Shown: one piece after another, positions 35,958-43,842 of the stretch
Position numbering within the stretch: position 1 is the first letter of the stretch
How the letters are laid out: every line of letters starts with the position of its first letter
NCBI GenBank assembly: GCA_036229005.1
Contig: JAZAMN010000020.1
Location: 160,001 to 224,000 of the forward strand
DNA length: 64,000 nucleotides
Source of the DNA: Myxococcota bacterium
GTDB taxonomy: Bacteria > Myxococcota_A > UBA796 > CAJQPC01
Direction: 5' to 3'
Program-made: the position numbers and the translations under genes
Notes under the pieces: model-generated
What the model was told of the DNA's origin: nothing
What the model saw: the letters and a program-made list of their open reading frames with translations, nothing else
Database searches by the model: none

Positions 35958-37231
35958 AGACCAGCCAGCGCCTGATCCAGGTCGGCGACCAGGTCCTCGA
36001 TGTGCTCCAGCCCCACGGAGAGCCGCAACAGATCCTGGGTGACCCCCGTGCTCTCCTGCTGCTCGGGGGTGAGCTGCTGGTGGGTGGTGGACGCGGGGTG
36101 GATGATCAGGCTGCGGGTGTCGCCGATGTTGGCCAGCAGCGAGAAGAGCTGGGTGTTGTCCGCGACCTGCCGCCCGGCAGAGAGGCCCCCCTTGACGCCG
36201 AAGGTCAGCAGCCCGCCAAAGCCGCCGGTGAAGTAGCGCTTGGCGGTGGCGTGCCCGGGGTCGCCCTTGAGCCCGGGGTAGCGCACCCATGCGACCTTGG
36301 GGTGCTGCTCCAGCCAGGTGGCCAGGGCCAGGGCGTTGCGGCTGTGGCGCTCGACCCGCAGGTGCAGGGTCTCCAGGCCCTGGATGAATCCGTGTGCGTT
36401 GAAGGGGGAGATGCACGCGCCGAAGTCGCGCAGGCCCTCGATGCGGGCGCGCAGGATGAACGCGAGCGCGCCGAGGTCCTTGAGCTGGAGTCCGTGATAG
36501 CCGGGGTGGGGCTCGGTGAACTCGGGGAACTTGCCGTTGGCCCAGTCGAAGCTGCCGCCGTCCACGATGGCCCCGCCGATGCCGGTTCCGTGGCCGCCGA
36601 TGTACTTGGTGCAGCTATTGACCACGATGTTCGCGCCCACGCTCAGGGGGCGGACCAGCGCGGGGCTGGCGGCGGTGTTGTCCACGATCAGCGGGATCTG
36701 TGCGTCGCGGGCGATGGCCCCGATGGCCTCGAAGTCCGGGGGGATCAGCGAGGGGTTGGGGAGGGACTCCAGGTAGATGGCGCGGGTCTTGGGCGTGATG
36801 GCGTCGGCGAAGGCCTGGGGGTCTGTGTGGTCCACAAAGCGGGTCTGTATGCCCAGGCGGCCCAGGGAGTTTGCCAGCAGGTTGTAGGTGCCCCCGTAGA
36901 CCCCGGTGCCGGAGATCAGCTCGTCTCCGGGGCGCAGGATGCTGAGCAGCGCCAGGGTCTCCGCGGCCTGTCCGCTGGCCAATGCGAGCCCGGCCTGGCC
37001 CTCCTCCAGGGCGGCCAGGCGCTTCTCCAGGACGTCGGCGGTGGGGTTTGTGATGCGGGTGTAGATGGGCCCGGGGTCGCTGAGGGCGAAGCGCGCCGCG
37101 GCGTGCTCGCTGTCCCGGAAGACGTAGGAGGCCGTGTGGTAGATGGGCACCGCGCGGCTGCCGGTGGTGGGGTCGGGGTCGTAGCCCGCGTGCAAGGCCA
37201 GGGTCTGGGGGCGGTAGTCAGGCTTGGACAT
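35954..37231 (-). CDS. metY: O-acetylhomoserine aminocarboxypropyltransferase (sulfhydrylase)
   Basis: YTRITNPT, ASGQAA, VDNT, SCTKYIGGHG, LANIGDTRSLIIHPASTTHQQL. Confidence 0.95.
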   Translation of the reverse strand: MSKPDYRPQTLALHAGYDPDPTTGSRAVPIYHTASYVFRDSEHAAARFALSDPGPIYTRITNPTADVLEKRLAALEEGQAGLALASGQAAETLALLSILRPGDELISGTGVYGGTYNLLANSLGRLGIQTRFVDHTDPQAFADAITPKTRAIYLESLPNPSLIPPDFEAIGAIARDAQIPLIVDNTAASPALVRPLSVGANIVVNSCTKYIGGHGTGIGGAIVDGGSFDWANGKFPEFTEPHPGYHGLQLKDLGALAFILRARIEGLRDFGACISPFNAHGFIQGLETLHLRVERHSRNALALATWLEQHPKVAWVRYPGLKGDPGHATAKRYFTGGFGGLLTFGVKGGLSAGRQVADNTQLFSLLANIGDTRSLIIHPASTTHQQLTPEQQESTGVTQDLLRLSVGLEHIEDLVADLDQALAGL

Positions 37232-37278
37232 GGGGGAGCTCCTGGGAGGTTTGTGTGAGGTTTAGGGTGGAGACAGAG

Positions 37279-37454
37279 CGGTCCGCCCCCCACTTCTGTG
37301 TGGGGTCTCACGGACCGGACAGCAGCACACACCAGCGCGCGGCGACCGCCGACTCAGGGAGTCGTCACGGAGCAGCCACCCGCGGGCGGGGCTTGGAGGC
37401 GCGTCTTGTTGTGGGGGTTACGGCTGGTGTGGCGAGACGGGCGCGCGCACCAGC
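37279..37454 (-). promoter_or_regulatory. Structured leader / candidate attenuator of the met operon
   Basis: Segments 37448-37454 and 37328-37336 both complement 37423-37431; hairpin 37279-37317; C-rich, G-poor tracts. Confidence 0.6.
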
Positions 37455-37531
37455 TAGGACATGCAGACACACATCGCCATGGCACCCAGACAGGGCGCGC
37501 AAGCTGCGGCGATGTGCATGTTGGTCTTCAC
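37454..37531 (-). CDS. Met/Cys-rich leader peptide MKTNMHIAAACAPCLGAMAMCVCMS
   Basis: Hand translation GTG 37531 to TAG 37454; 4 internal Met and 4 Cys codons; alternative start ATG 37519. Confidence 0.75.
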   Translation of the reverse strand: MKTNMHIAAACAPCLGAMAMCVCMS

Positions 37532-37538
37532 GTTGAAG

Positions 37539-37568
37539 AAAATACGGCGCACACCCCTCGCTGCGCAA
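37539..37568 (-). promoter_or_regulatory. Sigma70-type promoter TTGCGC-N18-TATTTT, 7 nt before the leader GTG
   Basis: -35 at 37563-37568, -10 at 37539-37544. Confidence 0.55.
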
Positions 37569-37578
37569 GAGCCAGGCC

Positions 37579-37594
37579 TGTGACAGTTGCCACA
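37579..37594. promoter_or_regulatory. CRP/FNR-like site TGTGA-N6-CCACA upstream of the met promoter
   Basis: One mismatch from TGTGA-N6-TCACA, just upstream of the -35 box. Confidence 0.3.
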
Positions 37595-37662
37595 GCCTCC
37601 AGATTCCAGTTGTTGAACCAAGACTCTGGAGCACTGAACTTTCTTCGGTTCGCGACGATTCG

Positions 37663-39357
37663 CTATTCCGGACGCGCCAACACCCGCTGATCGCCCCCCG
37701 AGCTCCCATCCAGCTCCAGCTCGGAGATCAGCACCGGCGGCACCGCCCAGGCGCCGGGCAGGCCGCCCACAGGTCCGATGTAGAAGCGCTCGCTGCCTGG
37801 GGGGCCGTCCATCACGCCCACGTAGTCGGCGGTCTCCCCCGCCATCACCGCATCCCGCAGCACGCGGCGGTCCACGCCGGAGAACTGCAGGCCGCGCACG
37901 GGCTGCTGGGTGCCGTCCGGCAGGAGCAGGTAGGCCTCGTAGGGGCGAGTGAGGCCGGCGCCGGGGCCGTCCCCCATGAAGGTGACGTCGAAGTCCTCGG
38001 TCACGGCGGGGGGCTCGATGCGCCGGATCACCAGCAGGCCCTCGTTGCCGGTCTGCTGGGCCATCCGCAGGCCCTTGCGCTCCAGGGCCTTGAGGCGGCG
38101 GCTGCGCTTGGGCTCCACCCGCACGTTGGAGGGCATGGCCTCGCGGCGGCTGCTGCCCAGGCCCCGGCCGTGGCCGGTGCTCTCCCCGTCCACATCCGCG
38201 GGGATGCGGCTCATCAGGACCCGGCGCACGACGCCGTCCTCAACGAGCTCCACCTCCTGGCCGGGGACGCCTTCGTGGTCGTAGGTGTAGCGGCCGGCGG
38301 CGCCGGGGGTGTCGGGGGTGTCCACCACGCGCCAGCCGGCGGGCATCAAGCGGCGGCCGACCCGGGCGGTGGCGCGGGCGATGGGGGCCTCGCCGAACAT
38401 GCCGCGGCCCTCGGCCTCGGGGGGCGTGCCCACGAACTCGGCTGCGGCGAGCTGACGGTAGAGCTCGACGGAGGCGGCATCATCAAAGAGCACTGGTCCC
38501 AGGTACTCCTTGAGCACAGGGGCGTCCTCCAACGCCACGAGCCAGTCGGCCATCTCGCGCACCTCGGCCTCCATCTGTTCGATGGGGGGCAGCTCGCCTG
38601 CGTGGCGGGCGACCCAGGACCGGCCGTTGCGCAGCCGGCTGCCGTCGGAGTGCTTGTAGACCGCCTCCACCCGGATCACGACGTAGCCCGTCTCGGTGGC
38701 GAGCTTGGTGCCCTCGGAGTTCACCAGGAGGCGGACGCCCTGCCAGTCGCTGCCGGCGGCCACCCCCGACTCGAGCTGGGGGTACTCGGCCAGCACCCCG
38801 CTGAGGTGGGTGATGCGCTCCTCCAGTCCGGGGGCGTCGATGGTAAAGGGCTGCGCGTCCAGATCGACCGTGGGCGTCACGGGGTACATCGCGGGGGGCT
38901 TCTCCTCGCTCTGGTCGCCGGGGGGCAGCTCAGCCACCTTGCGGGAGAGCTGCTCGACGGACTGCTTGTAGGCGATGTCCGTGGCCAGCCAGAGCTCGCG
39001 GCCCAGGGCCACGGGATCGTCTTCGTGAGGCAGGTGGGCGCTGAGCACCCCGCCGGGCTCGCCGAAGGCGGCGAAGTTGGCGGAGTCGAAGCTGGAGTCT
39101 CCAGCCCGGGACTCCACCCGCAGGACGCGGTGGGGGCGCGTCTCCCGCGCCATGACCGCCCCAAAGTCGGCGTACACCGTGGTGACCTCGCCGTCTACGA
39201 CCTCGTAGGACAGCCACCAGGGGGGCGACTCGTCCGGGAGGTGCAGCTCAGATGTGGCGCGGGCCAGCTCCTCCTCCATCACCCCCAACAGAAGCTGCTG
39301 GGACTCGGCGGTCGGGGGCGCGGCCAGGGCGGACAGGGAGAGCAGCAGGGGGATCAT
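37663..39357 (-). CDS. TldE/PmbA-like subunit with signal peptide
   Basis: YLGPVLFD, YDHEGVPGQEVELVEDG, STGHGR, PPVLISELE; no HExxxH; ATG 39357 overlaps tldD-like stop. Confidence 0.85.
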   Translation of the reverse strand: MIPLLLSLSALAAPPTAESQQLLLGVMEEELARATSELHLPDESPPWWLSYEVVDGEVTTVYADFGAVMARETRPHRVLRVESRAGDSSFDSANFAAFGEPGGVLSAHLPHEDDPVALGRELWLATDIAYKQSVEQLSRKVAELPPGDQSEEKPPAMYPVTPTVDLDAQPFTIDAPGLEERITHLSGVLAEYPQLESGVAAGSDWQGVRLLVNSEGTKLATETGYVVIRVEAVYKHSDGSRLRNGRSWVARHAGELPPIEQMEAEVREMADWLVALEDAPVLKEYLGPVLFDDAASVELYRQLAAAEFVGTPPEAEGRGMFGEAPIARATARVGRRLMPAGWRVVDTPDTPGAAGRYTYDHEGVPGQEVELVEDGVVRRVLMSRIPADVDGESTGHGRGLGSSRREAMPSNVRVEPKRSRRLKALERKGLRMAQQTGNEGLLVIRRIEPPAVTEDFDVTFMGDGPGAGLTRPYEAYLLLPDGTQQPVRGLQFSGVDRRVLRDAVMAGETADYVGVMDGPPGSERFYIGPVGGLPGAWAVPPVLISELELDGSSGGDQRVLARPE

Positions 39358-41081
39358 GCGGACTCCCGGGTGTTCAGAGCGGCGGGGCGGTCGGCGGCGG
39401 ACTGGGGCGCCTCGGGCGGGGGCAGCAGCGGCGGTCGGTCGTTCTCCTTCTCCTTGCGCTGCACCTCGATCTCGTTGAGCAGCAGGCTGGGTGCGACCGC
39501 GGAGACGGGGACCCAGCCGGACTCTGCGCCGCACACGCCGTTGAACACCGCGGGGTCGTCGGCGGCGGCCTCGATGCGGGAGAAGGTGGTCAGGGGGGTG
39601 CCGATGAAGTCGCCTCCGCGCACCAGCTCGTCGGGGCGGCCGTCGGGGTAGACCTTCCAGACGCTGACGGGGCGCACGTTGAAGGAGTTGGGGGTGACGC
39701 GTCCGGTCAAGGTGAACCCGCCGGTGATGTCATCCACGACCAGGCCATAGGGCTTGCCCTGCTCCTGGATCTCGGCGATCAGCATCTCCCGGAGCTCGGC
39801 GTAGGAGACGGTCTCGTGGGCCTCCACGATCAGGTTCCCCTGGCGCGCGACGATGGCGTTGCCGGGCTGGCGGCGGCCGTGGCCGTTGGAGTGGTCGAAG
39901 CCCTCGATGGGGGCCCGGGACATCAGGAAGCCCTGGAGCTCTCCGTGGTCGATCAGCGACACGCGCTGCGCGGGCACGCCCTCGTCGTCGTAGGGGTAGA
40001 AGCCGTTGAGGTCCACGCCCGCCAGGCTCGCGGTGGTGGGGTCGTCATAGACCGACAGGAACTCAGGAAGAACCTGCTCTCCCACCATGTCGGTGAAGGT
40101 CTGTCCCTCGTCCTCGTCCTTCTGGCGGTGGCCCTCGATGCGGTGGCCGAAGATCTCGTGGAAGAACACCCCGGCGGCGCGGCCGCGCAGGATGGCGGGG
40201 CCGGTGTAGGGCTCCAGCAGGGGGGCGTTCCGCAGGTCGGTCACGCGCTGTCCCGCCGCGCGCGCCATCTCTTGGACCGCGGCCGGGTCGGGCAGGCCAT
40301 CTTCCGAGGAGGCGTCCACGTAGTCGTAGACCGAGAGCTGGGCGCCGTCCTCGGCCACCGACATGGCGTAGACGCTGACCCGGTAGCGCACCCGGCTGTG
40401 CTGGATGCGGGTGCCCTCGCTGTTGACCACGACGAAGTCCTGGAGCTCGGCGTGCAGCTCGACCCCGGACTGGTGGACCTCGGGGTACTCCAGGAAGACC
40501 GCGCTCACCTCGCGCAGGGTGCCCTCCCAGGCGGGGTCGACGGCCAGCGCGCCCTGGGGCCGCAGATCCACGACGGGGTCGGCGGGGGAGAAGTCATCGG
40601 AGCTGTCCTCTCGCTCCACCTTGACCGCCTGATTGGCGCGCACCTTGGTCATGCGGCGCACAGCCTGCTGGTAGGCGTCGTCCAGCTCCCGCCATAGGAT
40701 GATCTCCGCGGCGTCCAGGGTGGCCTGGTCCTCCCCCAGCGGCAGGCGCACCAGGCTGCGGGCTTCCTCGGAGAACCAGCCGGCGTCCAGCAGCTTGTGG
40801 GTGTTGTCGAGCTGGTGGCTGCCCACGCGGATGTCGAGATCGGCGACCCGGCTGTCTCGGATGGAGCTGGAGTGCAGCGCCCCGTTCACCGCGGCGATCC
40901 GCTCGGTGTGGGTGTCGGTGATCCCGATCGCCAGGTGATAGGGCGCCTCGTCCTGGTCGGAGAGGGCCTCCATCGTGTGCGCCACCATGGCCTCGGCCAG
41001 GGTGAGCATCGGCGAGGCGGCGGCCGGGGGGGCGTCGTCTCCGGCGCTCGCGGTGAGAGCGGAGAGCAGCAGCAGCGTCAT
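39354..41081 (-). CDS. TldD-like metalloprotease with signal peptide
   Basis: GVFFHEIFGHRIEG, YDDEGVP, SNGHGR, ARQGNL, CGAESGWVPV. Confidence 0.9.
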   Translation of the reverse strand: MTLLLLSALTASAGDDAPPAAASPMLTLAEAMVAHTMEALSDQDEAPYHLAIGITDTHTERIAAVNGALHSSSIRDSRVADLDIRVGSHQLDNTHKLLDAGWFSEEARSLVRLPLGEDQATLDAAEIILWRELDDAYQQAVRRMTKVRANQAVKVEREDSSDDFSPADPVVDLRPQGALAVDPAWEGTLREVSAVFLEYPEVHQSGVELHAELQDFVVVNSEGTRIQHSRVRYRVSVYAMSVAEDGAQLSVYDYVDASSEDGLPDPAAVQEMARAAGQRVTDLRNAPLLEPYTGPAILRGRAAGVFFHEIFGHRIEGHRQKDEDEGQTFTDMVGEQVLPEFLSVYDDPTTASLAGVDLNGFYPYDDEGVPAQRVSLIDHGELQGFLMSRAPIEGFDHSNGHGRRQPGNAIVARQGNLIVEAHETVSYAELREMLIAEIQEQGKPYGLVVDDITGGFTLTGRVTPNSFNVRPVSVWKVYPDGRPDELVRGGDFIGTPLTTFSRIEAAADDPAVFNGVCGAESGWVPVSAVAPSLLLNEIEVQRKEKENDRPPLLPPPEAPQSAADRPAALNTRESA

Positions 41082-41158
41082 GGAGGTCCTCCTTGGACCA
41101 CCCTAACGACCCCTCGCCGCCTGCACAGGTTCCCCCGCAAAAGGGGGGAGAGCCCGGC

Positions 41159-41536
41159 TCAGAAGCCGGAGGGCTCGGCCTCTTCTTCCTCGTCACCGTA
41201 GGAGTCGAGGGGATCCTCGTCCATGCCGTCCGAGTGCCAGAGAATGCCGATGAGCTTCTCGACCACGTTGACGACGTCCTCGCCGGTGAGCTCGATCTCG
41301 TCGTTCTTGGTGAACTCGTACTCCAGGACATCCTGGAGGGGCTCCTCGAGCTCAGCCTCCTCCTCGATCTCGGTGGCGATGTCTTCGGTGTCGTAGTCCG
41401 CGTCCTCGGCGGCCTGCTCCAGCAGGTCCATGAGGGCGGCGGCGAGGGTCGATGCGTCGGGATCGTCGTTGACGGTCTCCAGGTAGTCATCGACGGCGAT
41501 CACGAGCGACTCGCGGAGCTCGGAGGGCAACTTCAT
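41159..41536 (-). CDS. Small highly acidic hypothetical protein
   Basis: GAGG SD, strong codon bias, D/E-rich. Confidence 0.75.
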   Translation of the reverse strand: MKLPSELRESLVIAVDDYLETVNDDPDASTLAAALMDLLEQAAEDADYDTEDIATEIEEEAELEEPLQDVLEYEFTKNDEIELTGEDVVNVVEKLIGILWHSDGMDEDPLDSYGDEEEEAEPSGF

Positions 41537-41687
41537 GGCAACCTCGAGAGGGAATGCAGGGGTGTTGCCGCCGTCCTACCGTATGGGGTCCCGGGGTGCA
41601 ACCGCAGTTGGGCAACAAGGATCGAGACCGTCAATCCCGCTACACACCTGCGACCATGCGATGCGCCCGACCGGGTTAGGCACCGGC

Positions 41688-42902
41688 ATGATCACCTCTG
41701 CCCTGTTGCACGCCCTCCCCAAGACCGACCTCCACGTCCACCTGGACGGCAGCCTCCGCCTGGAGTCGCTGATCGAGATGGCCCGTGAGCGCGGGATCTC
41801 CCTCCCCTCGGAGACCCCCGAGGGCCTCTGCGAGCTGGTGTTCAAGCCCAGCTACGCGAGCCTGGGCGAGTACCTGGCCGGCTTCGCCCTGACCGGCGCG
41901 GTGCTGCAGGACGCCGAGGCCCTGGAGCGCGCCGCCTACGAGCTGGCCTGGGACAACCTGAACGAGAACGTGTTCTACATCGAGGTCCGCTTCGCGCCCC
42001 AGCTCCACATGGGCCCGCACATGGACATGGACCAGGTGGTCGAGGCCGTCGCCCAGGGCCTGCGCCGCGCCCAGCAGGAGCACAACAGCTCCACCCCGGT
42101 CCACGACGGCGCCCTCCCCGCCTTCCACTTTGGCCTGATCCTCTGCGCCCTGCGCATGTTCGAGCCCGGGTTCTCCGCCTGGTACAAGAGCTTCTCCGAG
42201 GCCCTGGGCGAGGCCCGCCCCAACCACCTGCACGCCCAGGCCGCCGAGCAGCTCGCCCGCGGCGCCGTCCGTCTGCGCGACAAGGGCCTCCCGGTGGTCG
42301 CCTTCGACCTGGCCGGGCACGAGGCCGGACACCCCGCGGTCCACTACAAGCGCGCGTTCGACCACTGCCACCGGCACTTCCTGGCCCGCACCGTCCACGC
42401 CGGAGAGGCCTACGGCCCCGAGAGCATCTACCAGGCAATCGCCGAGTGCCACGCCGACCGCATCGGGCACGGCTACCACCTCTTCTCCCCCGCCGAGCTG
42501 CGGGATCCGCGGGTGCAGGACCCCCTGGCCTACTGCGACAACCTGGCCGAGTACCTGGCCGACCGGCGCACCACCATCGAGGTCTGCATCACCTCCAACC
42601 TGCAGACCAACCCGGCCATCGGCGACGTGCGCAACCACGCCTTCGCCCAGATGCTGGAGCACAAGCTCTCGGCCACCCTGTGCACCGACAACCGCCTGGT
42701 CAGCCACACCACGGTCACCCGCGAATACGCGCTCGCCGTCGACGCCTTCGACATGACCGAGAAGCAGCTCAAGAACACAATCGTCTACGGCTTCAAGCGC
42801 AGCTTCTTCCCCGGGGCCTACCGCGAGAAGCGCGCCTACGTCCGCTCCGTCATGGCCCACTACGAGGCCGTGGAGGAGCGGCTCTCGGGCCCCCAGAGCT
42901 GA
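41688..42902 (+). CDS. add: Adenosine deaminase family protein
   Basis: LPKTDLHVHLDGS, DLAG, TVHAGE, RIGHG, EVCITSN, TDN. Confidence 0.9.
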   Translation: MITSALLHALPKTDLHVHLDGSLRLESLIEMARERGISLPSETPEGLCELVFKPSYASLGEYLAGFALTGAVLQDAEALERAAYELAWDNLNENVFYIEVRFAPQLHMGPHMDMDQVVEAVAQGLRRAQQEHNSSTPVHDGALPAFHFGLILCALRMFEPGFSAWYKSFSEALGEARPNHLHAQAAEQLARGAVRLRDKGLPVVAFDLAGHEAGHPAVHYKRAFDHCHRHFLARTVHAGEAYGPESIYQAIAECHADRIGHGYHLFSPAELRDPRVQDPLAYCDNLAEYLADRRTTIEVCITSNLQTNPAIGDVRNHAFAQMLEHKLSATLCTDNRLVSHTTVTREYALAVDAFDMTEKQLKNTIVYGFKRSFFPGAYREKRAYVRSVMAHYEAVEERLSGPQS

Positions 42903-42912
42903 AAGGCCCACC

Positions 42913-43827
42913 GTGGACCCATCCACCCGCGCCTGGCTCGCCCAGCACTGCGGGGCATCGGCGAGGACCTGCGAGCGCATCCAGTCCCTCTGGAGCGGCT
43001 ACGGCGCGATCTGGCGCTGCACGCTCACCGATGGCCGCAGCGTGGTCCTCAAGTCCGTACAGCCCCCGGCAGGTGGCGGGATCTCGCACCGCCGCAAGCT
43101 GCGCTCCTATGCCGTGGAGTGCAGTTGGTACGCCGACTTTGCGTCGGAGTGCAACTCCGCATGCCGGGTCCCCCAGGTCCTGGCGCTGGACCCCACTCCC
43201 GGCGCCTGGCGGCTGCTGCTCGAAGACCTGGACGCCGCCGGGTTCTCCGGTCGCCAGCACAACAGCGGAGCGGGCAGCGGAGACAGCCTCGATGCCTGCG
43301 TGGACTGGCTGGCCCACTTCCACGCCACCTTCATGGACCGGGCCCCCGAAGGCCTCTGGCCCGAGGGCAGCTACTGGCGCCTCCAGACCCGCCCCGACGA
43401 GCACGCCGCGATGCCCCCTGGCCCCCTCAAACAGGCCGCCGCCGCGATCGACGCCCGGCTCTGCGGCGCCCGCCACCGCACCCTGGTGCATGGGGACGCC
43501 AAGCTGGCCAACTTCTGCTTCGGGGCGCAGGGCGTCGCCGCCGTGGACTTCCAGTACGTGGGCGGGGGCTGCGGGATGCGAGATCTGGCCTATCTGCTCA
43601 GCCGCGGGGCCCACCAACGCGCCCTGGACCGCTACTTCACCACTCTGAGATCCGCTCTGCAGGCGAGGTACTGGGCAGGCGATCCAGACGCCCTGGAGGC
43701 GGAGTGGCGCGCGCTGTTCCCGGTGGCCTGGGCGGACTACTGCCGCTTCCTGGAGGGGTGGGCGCCTGGTTGGCGAGCTGGTGACCTCGACGGGGCCATG
43801 ATCAGAGAGGCGCTGCAGGGGCTGTGA
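42913..43827 (+). CDS. APH/choline/ecdysteroid kinase-like phosphotransferase
   Basis: QSLWSGYG, LLLEDL, HGDAKLANF, VDFQYVG. Confidence 0.85.
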   Translation: MDPSTRAWLAQHCGASARTCERIQSLWSGYGAIWRCTLTDGRSVVLKSVQPPAGGGISHRRKLRSYAVECSWYADFASECNSACRVPQVLALDPTPGAWRLLLEDLDAAGFSGRQHNSGAGSGDSLDACVDWLAHFHATFMDRAPEGLWPEGSYWRLQTRPDEHAAMPPGPLKQAAAAIDARLCGARHRTLVHGDAKLANFCFGAQGVAAVDFQYVGGGCGMRDLAYLLSRGAHQRALDRYFTTLRSALQARYWAGDPDALEAEWRALFPVAWADYCRFLEGWAPGWRAGDLDGAMIREALQGL

Positions 43828-43842
43828 TGCCCGGGCGGTGGG

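Noticed and set aside
37232..37662. SAM riboswitch or T-box expected upstream of metY
   Set aside because: No SAM-I core (AUC-AGAG...GAGGGA...GCAACC in order) and no T-box AAUUAGAG/GGUGGUACC motif on the coding strand by eye; an Rfam scan is still advisable.
32235..37866. The met cassette as a transposon or integrase-driven island
   Set aside because: No integrase, transposase, terminal inverted repeats or identical att/TSD; the flanking repeats are diverged coding sequence.
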